Counted from the first letter of the stretch, positions 15,998-24,732 are shown. The stretch: 43,214 nucleotides of DNA from Candidatus Vogelbacteria bacterium RIFOXYD1_FULL_44_32 (GCA_001823065.1 MHTJ01000002.1:8318-51531); one strand, 5' to 3'. Numbers and translations: made by a program. Notes: generated from the sequence alone by a model not told the origin.

Positions 15998-16342
15998 ATG
16001 CCTAGAGTCAAAGGAGGAAAAACTACCCTAAAACGTCGTAAAAATCTGCTCGCCCGAGTCAAAGGGTTTCGCTTTGGTCGTGGAACTAAAAAACGGGAGG
16101 CCAAAACTGCCTTCCTGCATGCTGGCGCCCACGCTTTTGCACACCGTAAAGACAAGAAAAATGATTTTCGCCGTCTTTTCAATATTAAAATTGGCGCCGC
16201 TTCTAAAGCGCTGGGTGTTTCCTACAGTAAGTTGATAAACCTCCTCAAGGTAAAAAATGTTGAGCTCGACCGCAAAATCCTCGCTGACCTCGCGGAAAAT
16301 AATCCGGAAACTTTCAAGCAGGTGGTAGAATTTGTAAAATAA
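15998..16342 (+). CDS. rplT: 50S ribosomal protein L20
   Basis: The translation begins MPRVKGGKTTLKRRKNLLARVKGFRFGR, and the gene occupies the last position of the infC operon. Confidence 0.95.
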   Translation: MPRVKGGKTTLKRRKNLLARVKGFRFGRGTKKREAKTAFLHAGAHAFAHRKDKKNDFRRLFNIKIGAASKALGVSYSKLINLLKVKNVELDRKILADLAENNPETFKQVVEFVK

Positions 16343-16413
16343 ACCAGTCCGCCCGTCGCTCCCTGTGATCAAGCCGACAGGATATACGCGGGCGGCAACG
16401 GGGCTGGTTTTTT
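16343..16413 (+). terminator. Long bulged hairpin plus T-run ending the infC-rpmI-rplT operon
   Basis: It starts 1 nt after the stop codon. The structure is accag-t-ccgcccg...cgggcgg-caacgggg-ctggt followed by tttttt. Confidence 0.6.
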
Positions 16414-16501
16414 GGAAGAGGAAACGGCTCCGCCGTTACAATTGTTAATGCCTCTTACCCCGTAGCAGAGCTACGTGGTCCAGCATACCAATAAGATAAA
16501 G

Positions 16502-16535
16502 AAAAAAGCGGTCGCCTTCGGCGACCGCTTTTTTC
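16502..16535. terminator. Bidirectional intrinsic terminator
   Basis: The sequence aaaaaagcggtcgcc-ttcg-ggcgaccgcttttttc abuts the stop codon of the minus-strand gene 16537-17916. Confidence 0.8.
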
Positions 16536-16536
16536 T

Positions 16537-17916
16537 TTATAGATTGATTTCTATCTTCTCCCCCGCCACCGGGGCCACCGCATCTACTCCGACATAGTCC
16601 CGCAAACGTTGGACCAAAAATAAAGACGACTTGGGCTCACCCATAGCCACAAATACTTTTTTGACCGTGCCGGCGGTATCCTCGACAAACTCTACCAAGT
16701 GGTCAGAATCCTTGTGGCCCGAATAACCAGTCACCACCGCTACTTTGGCCCGCACCGCCACATTTTCACCCATAATTCGCACATGTTTGGCTCCGTCTTG
16801 GATTATCCGGCCCAATGTCCCAGCCACTTGGTAACCCGCTAAAAGTAAAGTGCTGTGAGGATCGGGCAAATTGGCTTTTTCGTGATGTAAAATCCGCCCC
16901 CCGTTGGACATGCCACTACCAGCAATCACAATCTTTCTGGCCCCACTATGGGTTATCGCTTTTGACTCTTCCGTGGTTTTAGTAAATTGTAATTGCGGAA
17001 ATTTAAAAATAGCGCCATCACTCTCACGCACCGTGGCCGCTACATCTTTTTTAAAGTAATCATTATATTTTTTATAGACTTCCGTCACCTGGATCGCTAG
17101 TGGTGAATCAACAAACACCGGCACCAAAGGTATTTCCGAGTGCTCCATCATATTTTCAATTTCAAAAAGTAATTCCTGGGTCCGTTCCACCGAAAAAGCT
17201 GGTATCATCAATGTTCCCCCAGCTTGCATTGTATCTTTAATTATCCCTTTCATTATTTCCGACCGCTCTGATCTTTTTTCGTGATTGCGGTCACCATAAA
17301 CTGATTCCATAAGCAGATAATCAATATCGGTAATTTTTTCGGTGTCCGGCAAAAGGGGCATCGGTGAGTTACCAATATCTCCTGTAAACAAAATCTTTTT
17401 CCCGGCCAAGGTAAATTCGATCATGGCCGAACCTAAAATATGACCGGCATCACGAAATACGGCCTGCAAATTGCCTAGTCGCAACACATCGTGATAACCA
17501 AAGGTCTGCCACTGCTTCATGGCTTGTTCCACATCAGCTGGCTCATATAGGGGCGGCAAATCGGTCCCCCGACGCTCTTTTTCCATCACCCCCAAGCTGT
17601 CGAGCATAATCAGCTCAGCAATGCCTTTGGTTGGTGGGGTGGAATATATTTTGCCGGTAAAACCATCCTTGACCAATTTACCAATCCGCCCCACATGGTC
17701 GAGGTGACCATGGGTCACAAACAAGGCCTCAATCGAGCGCGGGTCATAGGCAAAGGGAGCAAAGTTTTCTGGGGGGCAAATCCGCCCGCTCTGCTCTAAA
17801 CCGCAATCAATCAAGACGCGGTGTTTCTCTCCCCCTTCCTCGGTTTCTAAAAGAAAATTAGCGCCCGTGACGCTACCTGTTCCCCCATAAAAAGTAATAC
17901 TAAATTTATTAGCCAT
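16537..17916 (-). CDS. MBL-fold beta-CASP family ribonuclease-like hydrolase
   Basis: The 459-aa ORF has the metallo-beta-lactamase signature (VTHGHLDHVGRIG). The beta-CASP-type layout and C-terminal motifs (AGYQVAGTLGR, GYSGHKD) fit RNA-metabolising MBL proteins. Confidence 0.8.
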   Translation of the reverse strand: MANKFSITFYGGTGSVTGANFLLETEEGGEKHRVLIDCGLEQSGRICPPENFAPFAYDPRSIEALFVTHGHLDHVGRIGKLVKDGFTGKIYSTPPTKGIAELIMLDSLGVMEKERRGTDLPPLYEPADVEQAMKQWQTFGYHDVLRLGNLQAVFRDAGHILGSAMIEFTLAGKKILFTGDIGNSPMPLLPDTEKITDIDYLLMESVYGDRNHEKRSERSEIMKGIIKDTMQAGGTLMIPAFSVERTQELLFEIENMMEHSEIPLVPVFVDSPLAIQVTEVYKKYNDYFKKDVAATVRESDGAIFKFPQLQFTKTTEESKAITHSGARKIVIAGSGMSNGGRILHHEKANLPDPHSTLLLAGYQVAGTLGRIIQDGAKHVRIMGENVAVRAKVAVVTGYSGHKDSDHLVEFVEDTAGTVKKVFVAMGEPKSSLFLVQRLRDYVGVDAVAPVAGEKIEINL

Positions 17917-17925
17917 TAGTTTTAA

Positions 17926-18453
17926 TTATAACTCATCATTAGGATTTTCGGTAAAAACTGATTTGAAAATGCGCGCGGATACTAAGGCCCCCAGCAAATC
18001 GGCCAATAAATCAAAAACAGAATCGCCAAAACCAATTTCAATCATCGCTAGTTGCTTCACGGCAATCGTGGCCGACCAATATTTATCAATACTAAATTCA
18101 AATAGTTCCCAAATAAAGCCGAGAGCAAAAATCGAGGTGACAGCCGCCAGTAGCACCTCCGACCAGTTGGGAGCAATGGGCTGTCCCTTATGGCGCGCCA
18201 CCATGAAATAGACTGTTAGAAAAACCAGCCCCGCCGCCGTACCCGAGATAAAGTGCAGGACATTGTCAAACCACCACAACCGCCAAAACCAAAAGTTTTG
18301 ATAGGCCATCACCGATAAAGTAACCGAAATAGCCACTAGTCCAGCCGTCAGGCCAAGCAAAACCCGATTAGATGTAAGTATTTTCACCTCTATATTGTAA
18401 CCGAAAGATGATTTATAGACAAAACAAAACCCTTCCGCAGGGAAGAGTTTCAT
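17926..18453 (-). CDS. Polytopic membrane protein, hypothetical
   Basis: The 175-aa ORF has about four hydrophobic helices. I recognise no family, and the start is uncertain. Confidence 0.5.
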   Translation of the reverse strand: MKLFPAEGFCFVYKSSFGYNIEVKILTSNRVLLGLTAGLVAISVTLSVMAYQNFWFWRLWWFDNVLHFISGTAAGLVFLTVYFMVARHKGQPIAPNWSEVLLAAVTSIFALGFIWELFEFSIDKYWSATIAVKQLAMIEIGFGDSVFDLLADLLGALVSARIFKSVFTENPNDEL

Positions 18454-18704
18454 TTTAGGTTATTTGAGAGTATTAACCCTAGAAGAAGTGTTTCTACGTG
18501 GGTGCTCGCAAGATTAGACCAAGGTCTAAAGTATATAAAGCTCCCTAGGGTTTATTTGATCTAGATAATACCCCAAATAACCTAATTTCATTATAGCCCC
18601 CTAACCAAAGTGGTCAACCAAGACAAAGTGCATACCAAATGAACCATATAATACCTAGCTAGATTATATTTTTTAGTAATCAAGTTTTTTGCTTACCGTG
18701 CTCC

Positions 18705-18814
18705 AACCCAGCGAACCGAGCACCACCAGGAGACTTCGCAGGCGGGTAGCCGAGACTGCAGATATAAGTAACCAGACTTTTATTCGTGCTCCTGGTGGTG
18801 CTTCGGTGAGCGCC
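18705..18814 (-). repeat. Structured intergenic element D, abutting the ndk stop codon
   Basis: It has the same plus-strand termini as elements A and B (aacccagcga on the left, gagcgcc on the right) but a different core. That core has a 17-18-bp stem ccgagcaccaccaggag / ctcctggtggtgcttcgg. It ends at the base preceding the ndk TAG. Confidence 0.6.
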
Positions 18815-19291
18815 CTATTTGAACCCTTCATCAGCATAAATATACAACTCGGCGGGTTTAGAATAGTCAAAAAGTTCGTCGGCAGTGAAAAAACGTTTAA
18901 TCTCTGCCTCGGCGGTATCTTTGCTATCAGAAGCATGAACAATATTAGACTGACCACTCAGAGAAAAATCTCCCCTAATGCTCCCCGCATCAGCTTCATG
19001 TCCCCTAGTCGGCCCAACCAACAACCGCACCGCCGAAATGGCATTTATCCCAGACAAAACCATCACAATCGCCGGCGCAGATTTCATAAAATTTTTAAGG
19101 GAATTAAAAAATGGCTTATCTTTATGATGAGCATAATGTTCGTCAATAAGAATATCCCCCATTTGAATCATCTTTAGACCTACCACCTGTAAACCCTTGT
19201 GTTCAAAGCGACGAATTATTTCGCCCAACAAATTTCTCTGCAAGGCATCTGGTTTTAAAATCACCAATGTTCTTTCAAATTTTTCTTTCAT
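18815..19291 (-). CDS. ndk: Nucleoside diphosphate kinase
   Basis: The translation contains ERTLVILKPDALQRNLLGEIIRRFEHKGLQVVGLKM and NIVHASDS, which includes the catalytic His. Confidence 0.9.
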   Translation of the reverse strand: MKEKFERTLVILKPDALQRNLLGEIIRRFEHKGLQVVGLKMIQMGDILIDEHYAHHKDKPFFNSLKNFMKSAPAIVMVLSGINAISAVRLLVGPTRGHEADAGSIRGDFSLSGQSNIVHASDSKDTAEAEIKRFFTADELFDYSKPAELYIYADEGFK

Positions 19292-19294
19292 AAT

Positions 19295-20062
19295 CTAATT
19301 TAGTTCTGTTAATATTTCCGGCTTTTTTTCCGTAACCACTATTGTATGTTCAAAATGAGCGCTGTTTTTCTTATCAGCAGTGATAAAGGTAAAACCATCA
19401 GCCAAAATTTTGGTGTCCTCACTCCCCACTACCACCATCGGCTCGATCGCAATGACCAGCCCAGGAACAAGTTTTTCCCCTTCGCCTGCACGTCCATAAT
19501 TGGGCACCTCGGGGTCTTCGTGCACCGCAAAACCTACTCCGTGGCCAGAAAGATCGCGGACCAAACCAAAACCCTCGCCCAAAACATATTTTTCAATCGC
19601 TTGACCAATATGGCCGGTCGTTCTCCCCGGCAAAGCGGCTTCTATGCCAATCCGTAGGGCCTCTTTGGTCACATTTAAAAGTTTTTGGTCTTCGGTGGCA
19701 ATCTGCCCCACCCCCACAGTAATCGCCGAATCGGTAAACATCCCCTCGTGAACTATCCCCAAATCAAGAGTGACTAAATCGCCTTCTTTTATCACGCGCT
19801 TGCTAGGGATACCATGGACAATTTCTTCATTAATAGACACACACAGAGTCGCTGGGTAAGCCAAGCGGGAACCGCGTGGTCGATAATTTAAAAAAGCGGG
19901 AGTATCACCATTTTTAGTTATCAGCTCACGGGCATAGTCGTCTAATTCGACGGTGGTTAGCCCTGGTTTTACCATGACAGCTAACTGAGACAAAATCTTG
20001 GCTTGGCGCTGGCCACCGATTTTTAGAGTCGCTATATCGGCATCTGATTTTAATCTAATCAT
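19295..20062 (-). CDS. map: Type I methionine aminopeptidase
   Basis: The 255-aa ORF has metal-ligand motifs in order (VHGIP, DLGI, GHGVG, IEPM, EHT). It lies downstream of adk, and the start and stop overlap as ATGA. Confidence 0.93.
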   Translation of the reverse strand: MIRLKSDADIATLKIGGQRQAKILSQLAVMVKPGLTTVELDDYARELITKNGDTPAFLNYRPRGSRLAYPATLCVSINEEIVHGIPSKRVIKEGDLVTLDLGIVHEGMFTDSAITVGVGQIATEDQKLLNVTKEALRIGIEAALPGRTTGHIGQAIEKYVLGEGFGLVRDLSGHGVGFAVHEDPEVPNYGRAGEGEKLVPGLVIAIEPMVVVGSEDTKILADGFTFITADKKNSAHFEHTIVVTEKKPEILTELN

Positions 20063-20652
20063 ATATAATCCAAAATATCCTGCTGAATTATTTCAATTGA
20101 TCTTTCACCGTTTATATCCAAAAACTGAAATCGTTCATCATTACGGAAAAATTCAATCGCCGGTGCAACCTCTTTATCAAACCAATCTAAACGTTTTTCA
20201 ATATCGGCAATATCAATATCATCTGCCCTGCCTCGTGACATTAGACGTTCTCTCGCCCAATCCCTAGTTACATTTAGATGAATAACTATTGGCTTTGCCC
20301 GGCCATAAAAAGACAAAGCCGAAGCCAAAGCCGTGGCTTCGTTTAGCTTTCTAGGTGAACCGTCTATTACCAAATGCTCGCGACCAGTCATTTTTTCGAT
20401 CAATTCATTGGCCCACATCCAAGTAGCCAAAAAAGAAGGTTGTAGTGCTCCCATGTCCATAATTTCTCGTGACCGCATACTAGAAAAAGACGGACCCTCA
20501 ATAAAGTCCCGAAAACGCTGACCTGTTTCTAAGTACAACACTGGAGCTTCACCCTCCTCCTCTAATTTGTGGACCAGTAGGTTGGCTTGGGTGCCCTTGC
20601 CACACCCCGACCGCCCAATCAGGATTATTGTTTTTAAGTTTGAGTTTTCCAT
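20059..20652 (-). CDS. adk: Adenylate kinase (short, no zinc lid)
   Basis: It has a P-loop (ILIGRSGCGKGTQANLL) and occupies the conserved secY-adk-map position. Confidence 0.85.
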   Translation of the reverse strand: MENSNLKTIILIGRSGCGKGTQANLLVHKLEEEGEAPVLYLETGQRFRDFIEGPSFSSMRSREIMDMGALQPSFLATWMWANELIEKMTGREHLVIDGSPRKLNEATALASALSFYGRAKPIVIHLNVTRDWARERLMSRGRADDIDIADIEKRLDWFDKEVAPAIEFFRNDERFQFLDINGERSIEIIQQDILDYI

Positions 20653-20691
20653 CGCCCTGAGTATAACGCAAAAATAAAGCTAAAACCACTA

Positions 20692-20865
20692 AACCCAGCG
20701 AGCCTAGTTCCTTTTCCAAACCTTGCGGAGGTGTCGGCCGGCAGGGTTTTGGCCTTACTGTATTTTGTGCCAGCAGGCACGAGGCCAAACGGCCCCGCTG
20801 GAGCAGAAGAAAACCCCTCGCTGGAGGGGTTGGCTGTGTTTGGAAAGGGAAGCTAGGCGAGCGCC
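20692..20865 (-). repeat. Structured intergenic element A (~174 nt), a candidate cis-acting RNA or MITE-like repeat
   Basis: It aligns end to end with 24847-25020 and with the reverse complement of 38028-38203. It has a long outer stem and two inner hairpins with compensatory changes. Its last base is the first base of the secY stop codon on the plus strand. Confidence 0.7.
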
Positions 20866-22136
20866 TAATATTCCCGCATCGTCACCTGCGCATCAATCTT
20901 TTTAATCAAATCCAGAATCACGGACACCACGATGAGCAAACTAGTCCCGCCAATCGCCAAAGTCTGAATCCCCGTGATTTCCTGCATCACTAGTGGCAGT
21001 AAGGCCACGACACCCAAGAAAAGTGCTCCAAAGAAAGTCAGCCGAGAGAGCATCCGGCCAATATACATCTCGGTCGGATCGCCTGGTCGCACGCCCGGGA
21101 TAAACGCCCCACCTTTTTGCAGATTACCGGCAATTTGGTGTGGATCAAAAGTTACTGCCGAATAAAAATAAGTAAAACCAAAAACTAAAATAAAATAGAA
21201 CAGGCCATAAATCCACGCGTTTTCCAAAAATGAAGTAATCACTCGCGAAATATCCTGCACCGCCAAATTTTGCACCCGCGCCAAAAAATTAACAATCATT
21301 TGCGGGAAAAGCAAAATAGACAACGCAAAAATAATTGGCATCACTCCGGCATTGTTGACCCGAATCGGTAAGTAAGTCGAAGTCCCCCCATAAACTTTCA
21401 TCCCTCGCACCCGTTTGGCATAAGTGACCGGTATTGGTCGTTCCCCTTCGGTAATAATTACCACCCCACCAATAATCACAATCGCCAAAACAATAAAACC
21501 AATATAGGTTGGGATCATACTGGCATCATAAGTGGTCACCAGTTGAGATAAACTACCCGGTAGACTCGACACAATACCCGCAAAAATAATCATTGACACC
21601 CCATTACCAATCCCATATTCATTGATCAATTCACCCAACCACATTAGGAAAATAGAACCAGCTGTTACCACCAAAATACTAAGCGCTTGGTCAAACCAAG
21701 TCAGATTATTAATAATCCCTTGTTGACTCAAGATGACGTGCAAACCAAAACCCTGAAAAACCGCCAAGGGCACGGCCAAAAGACGCGAATATTGGGACAT
21801 TTTACGTCGCCCCGCTTCGCCTTGCTCTTGATACATATCCTTGAGTTGCGGAAAAACTAGAGTCAAAAGCTGAATGATAATCGAACCAGTGATAAAGGGC
21901 GAAACCCCCAACATCACAATCGACAAGTTAGACATCCCCCCGCCCGAGAAAATATTTAATAAACCAAAAAACTGATTATTAGTGAAAAATTGAGCCAGGG
22001 CCGCTTGGTCCACACTGGGAATTGGAATCGCCGCCGTGGCGCGGAAAATAGCTAAAATACCAAGCACAAACATAATCCGCCGGACCAATCCCCGATCGGC
22101 CAGCACTAGTTTGATTTTTTGTAATAAATTATCCAT
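20865..22136 (-). CDS. secY: Preprotein translocase subunit SecY
   Basis: The 423-aa ORF has 10 TM segments, and the spc-operon position after rplO is conserved. Confidence 0.95.
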   Translation of the reverse strand: MDNLLQKIKLVLADRGLVRRIMFVLGILAIFRATAAIPIPSVDQAALAQFFTNNQFFGLLNIFSGGGMSNLSIVMLGVSPFITGSIIIQLLTLVFPQLKDMYQEQGEAGRRKMSQYSRLLAVPLAVFQGFGLHVILSQQGIINNLTWFDQALSILVVTAGSIFLMWLGELINEYGIGNGVSMIIFAGIVSSLPGSLSQLVTTYDASMIPTYIGFIVLAIVIIGGVVIITEGERPIPVTYAKRVRGMKVYGGTSTYLPIRVNNAGVMPIIFALSILLFPQMIVNFLARVQNLAVQDISRVITSFLENAWIYGLFYFILVFGFTYFYSAVTFDPHQIAGNLQKGGAFIPGVRPGDPTEMYIGRMLSRLTFFGALFLGVVALLPLVMQEITGIQTLAIGGTSLLIVVSVILDLIKKIDAQVTMREY

Positions 22137-22187
22137 AGCAACTCGATACTAATTTACGAAATTATATTCGTTTCATTCGTATCGTCC

Positions 22188-22628
22188 TTAGTTAAGAGAC
22201 CCGCCAGCGGCAATAATTTTCTCTTTGGCTACCACCGACACCACACATTTTTTAATGATTAGAGCAATAGCTAAATCACCCGTGCCAAGAATTTTGACCA
22301 AAGGCACTCGGCCATTTACCCGCCGAATAATTTTCTTGTCGGCCAAAATTTTAGGGGTCACCGTCTCACCAGCAACAAAACCAGTATTAAGAGCGGAAAC
22401 ATTGACCGAAACCACTGGTACCCCAACTGGCTTATTGGTATTTATCCCCCGACCACGCAACTTGGGCAACTTCTTAATCATATCACGAATTTCCGGACGC
22501 AATTTGCGGCCCGAACGAGCCTTCTGACCCTTGGTTCCCCGGCCCGAAGTTTTACCCCGTTTGCCACCCCGTCCAACTTGGCGGTGTTTAGTGCGTTTAT
22601 TTTTTCGTTTTAAATCGTGCATCTGCAT
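22188..22628 (-). CDS. rplO: 50S ribosomal protein L15
   Basis: It has a basic Gly-rich N-terminus (GRGGKRGKTSGRGTKGQKARSG). It follows rpsE directly, with no L30 gene between them. Confidence 0.92.
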   Translation of the reverse strand: MQMHDLKRKNKRTKHRQVGRGGKRGKTSGRGTKGQKARSGRKLRPEIRDMIKKLPKLRGRGINTNKPVGVPVVSVNVSALNTGFVAGETVTPKILADKKIIRRVNGRVPLVKILGTGDLAIALIIKKCVVSVVAKEKIIAAGGSLN

Positions 22629-22638
22629 ATTAGTGGGA

Positions 22639-23187
22639 TTAAACGGTTCGCAATTTCTTTAACGCTATAATCGCAGCCCGGGCATTGTTTAATTTATTTT
22701 TACTGCGAGACAAAATTTTAGCGCTAATATCTTTGACCCCAGCCAAATCAAGGACGGTCCGGACCGAACTTCCCGCCACCAAACCTTTACCCTTGGCGGG
22801 TTTTAAAATAAGTTGGGAAGAGCCAAACTTGGCCTCGACTTCGTGGCGAATAGAGTGCCCTTCGGTGCGTGACACTAAAATCATCCTTTTTTTGGCATCA
22901 TTCATCGCTTTGTCGATCGCGAGCGCGGTGTCACCGGCTTTACCAATACCAACCCCTACTCGGCCCTTTTTATCGCCTGCGACCAGTACCACCGAAAAAC
23001 TAAACCGGCGACCACCGGCCATCACACGCGTCACCCGCCGTACATCTACCACTTTGTGGGCAAATTCTGGCTTGGCTCGCTCAGGCCGACCAGGGCGACC
23101 ACCTGGGCGACGGGGGCCACGAGAACGGTTGTCTCCTCCTCTCCCTCCGGCTCCTCCTTTATTATTTTGGGTTGTTGGTGTAGGCAT
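22639..23187 (-). CDS. rpsE: 30S ribosomal protein S5
   Basis: The translation contains VVDVRRVTRVMAGGRRFSFSVVLVAGDKKGRVGVGIGKA. It has an Arg/Gly-rich N-terminal extension. Confidence 0.93.
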   Translation of the reverse strand: MPTPTTQNNKGGAGGRGGDNRSRGPRRPGGRPGRPERAKPEFAHKVVDVRRVTRVMAGGRRFSFSVVLVAGDKKGRVGVGIGKAGDTALAIDKAMNDAKKRMILVSRTEGHSIRHEVEAKFGSSQLILKPAKGKGLVAGSSVRTVLDLAGVKDISAKILSRSKNKLNNARAAIIALKKLRTV

Positions 23188-23202
23188 ATTGATGATTAAA
23201 AA

Positions 23203-23574
23203 CTAAAATTCCAAACCGCCAGCGCGCGCTCCATCGGCCACAGCTTTAACCCGACCAGTGTAGCGGTTACCCCCACGGTCAAAAACCACCTTAGTGATTT
23301 TTTTATCTTTAGCTAATTTGGCAATTTCCACTCCTAGGGCCTGGGCCAAAACTACTTTGGAAAACTCGCTGTCCTTAGGCGCTTTGGCACCTTTGGTATT
23401 AGCCGCGAGTAGAGTATGGCCAAGATTATCGTCTACCAAAGCAACCTGCGTATAGCGATTTGACTTAGCCACCACCAAACGAGGTCGGGTAGCGGTTCCA
23501 GACAGGCGGGTCCGGATCCGGCGGTGGCGACGTTCTTTAGAAGCATTTTTCTTTTTTTGGATGTTTCCAATCAT
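23203..23574 (-). CDS. rplR: 50S ribosomal protein L18
   Basis: The translation contains RHRRIRTRLSGTATRPRLVVAKSNRYTQVALVDD, and the operon position fits. Confidence 0.93.
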   Translation of the reverse strand: MIGNIQKKKNASKERRHRRIRTRLSGTATRPRLVVAKSNRYTQVALVDDNLGHTLLAANTKGAKAPKDSEFSKVVLAQALGVEIAKLAKDKKITKVVFDRGGNRYTGRVKAVADGARAGGLEF

Positions 23575-23585
23575 ATATTTAGTGC

Positions 23586-24122
23586 TTAAGCAGCAGTTTT
23601 CTTACCTTGTTTCCGTCGAACCTGCTCACCCTCATAGCGGATACCTTTACCTTTGTAGGGTTCAGTCTTCTTGTGAGACCGGACTGTGGCCGAAAACTGA
23701 CCAACCAATTCTTTATCAAAACCAGTCACCGTAATATTACCTTTTTCTACCGTCACCGTCACCCCAGACGGAATTTTTTCTTCTACCGTATGAGAAAAAC
23801 CAATATCAAGAATGAGCTTATCACCCTGCACATTGGCTTTGTAGCCCACTCCCTCAATAATCATTTTTTTAGTGAAACCTGTGGTCACCCCCTCGATCAT
23901 ATTGGCGATATGTGAACCATAAGTTCCCCACAAGGCTTTAGCAAAAATAGTCTCCTTAACTGGTAGTAAAGTAATTTCCGCCCCATCGATTTTAATTGCG
24001 ACATCATCCTTAAATGGTCGGGCTAAAGTCCCCTTGGGCCCTTTTACTTCAAACATACCACCGTCTAGAGAAACGGTGACCCCAGCTGGAATATTTATAA
24101 TGCGTTTACCGATACGAGACAT
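23586..24122 (-). CDS. rplF: 50S ribosomal protein L6
   Basis: The family-typical start MSRIGKRIINIPAGV is at ATG 24122. The longer ORF to 24164 would overlap rpsH. Confidence 0.92.
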   Translation of the reverse strand: MSRIGKRIINIPAGVTVSLDGGMFEVKGPKGTLARPFKDDVAIKIDGAEITLLPVKETIFAKALWGTYGSHIANMIEGVTTGFTKKMIIEGVGYKANVQGDKLILDIGFSHTVEEKIPSGVTVTVEKGNITVTGFDKELVGQFSATVRSHKKTEPYKGKGIRYEGEQVRRKQGKKTAA

Positions 24123-24157
24123 GATTGAAAAATTATGGAAATGAATATATTTTTTTA

Positions 24158-24553
24158 TTACCAAATACGAAGCATCACTTCGCCCCCCACTTTTTCTTTG
24201 CGCGCTTGCCGATCGGTCATTACCCCTTTGGGGGTGGAAATGACGGCGATGCCCAAACCTTGACGCACCGATTTAATGGCGGTTGCTTTTTCATAAACCC
24301 GGCGTGATGGCTTGGAAATGCGCTGGACCTTGGTTAGAGCCGGCTGGCCATCTTCGGCATAAGCAATATCCAAATAAAGATAATTGTGATTACGTTTAGC
24401 CCGTTTGGCCACCCCAGCCAAATAACCCTCTTGTTTTAAAACCGTCGCTACCGCCAATTTGGCATTGGAATAATCCACGCAGACTTGCGGTTTATTTATC
24501 TTGCCCGCGTTTAGCACGCGGTTCAACATATCAGATATCGGATCGGTTACCAT
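24158..24553 (-). CDS. rpsH: 30S ribosomal protein S8
   Basis: The translation begins [18 protein letters not shown], and the operon position fits. Confidence 0.93.
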   Translation of the reverse strand: MVTDPISDMLNRVLNAGKINKPQVCVDYSNAKLAVATVLKQEGYLAGVAKRAKRNHNYLYLDIAYAEDGQPALTKVQRISKPSRRVYEKATAIKSVRQGLGIAVISTPKGVMTDRQARKEKVGGEVMLRIW

Positions 24554-24732
24554 GATGATTTTTTGACGCCGGGAATTTTGCCGTCATTGGCCGCCTCGCG
24601 AAAGCAGATACGACACATATCAAAATCGCGCATATAGCCCCGCTTGCGACCACAGCGGAAACAACGTCGCACTACGCGAGATGCAAATTTTGGAGTCTTT
24701 AAACTGCGGGCAATGACTGATTTCTTGGCCAT
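24547..24732 (-). CDS. rpsN: 30S ribosomal protein S14, zinc-binding short form (type Z, 61 aa)
   Basis: The translation [46 protein letters not shown] contains CxxC...CxxC. The longer ORF to 24795 is an upstream artefact. Confidence 0.92.
   Translation of the reverse strand: MAKKSVIARSLKTPKFASRVVRRCFRCGRKRGYMRDFDMCRICFREAANDGKIPGVKKSSW

Noticed and set aside
20549-20788. Overlapping ORFs in the transcribed sense of elements A, B and C (20549-20788 -, 24803-25090 -, 37930-38445 +) share a peptide. It reads RPKPCRPT(P/A)PQG(L/F)E(K/T/R)ELGSLG, and several differences between copies are synonymous.
   Set aside because: - The reading frame is not maintained across the variable hairpin: C is in a different frame from A and B upstream of RPKPC.
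- There is no shared start codon or ribosome-binding site.
- Downstream, the ORFs run on into unrelated flanking sequence.
- The conserved peptide coincides with the conserved 3' strand of the RNA stem, where changes are matched on the 5' strand.

I therefore favour nucleotide or structure conservation, although a coding-potential test on more copies would settle it.
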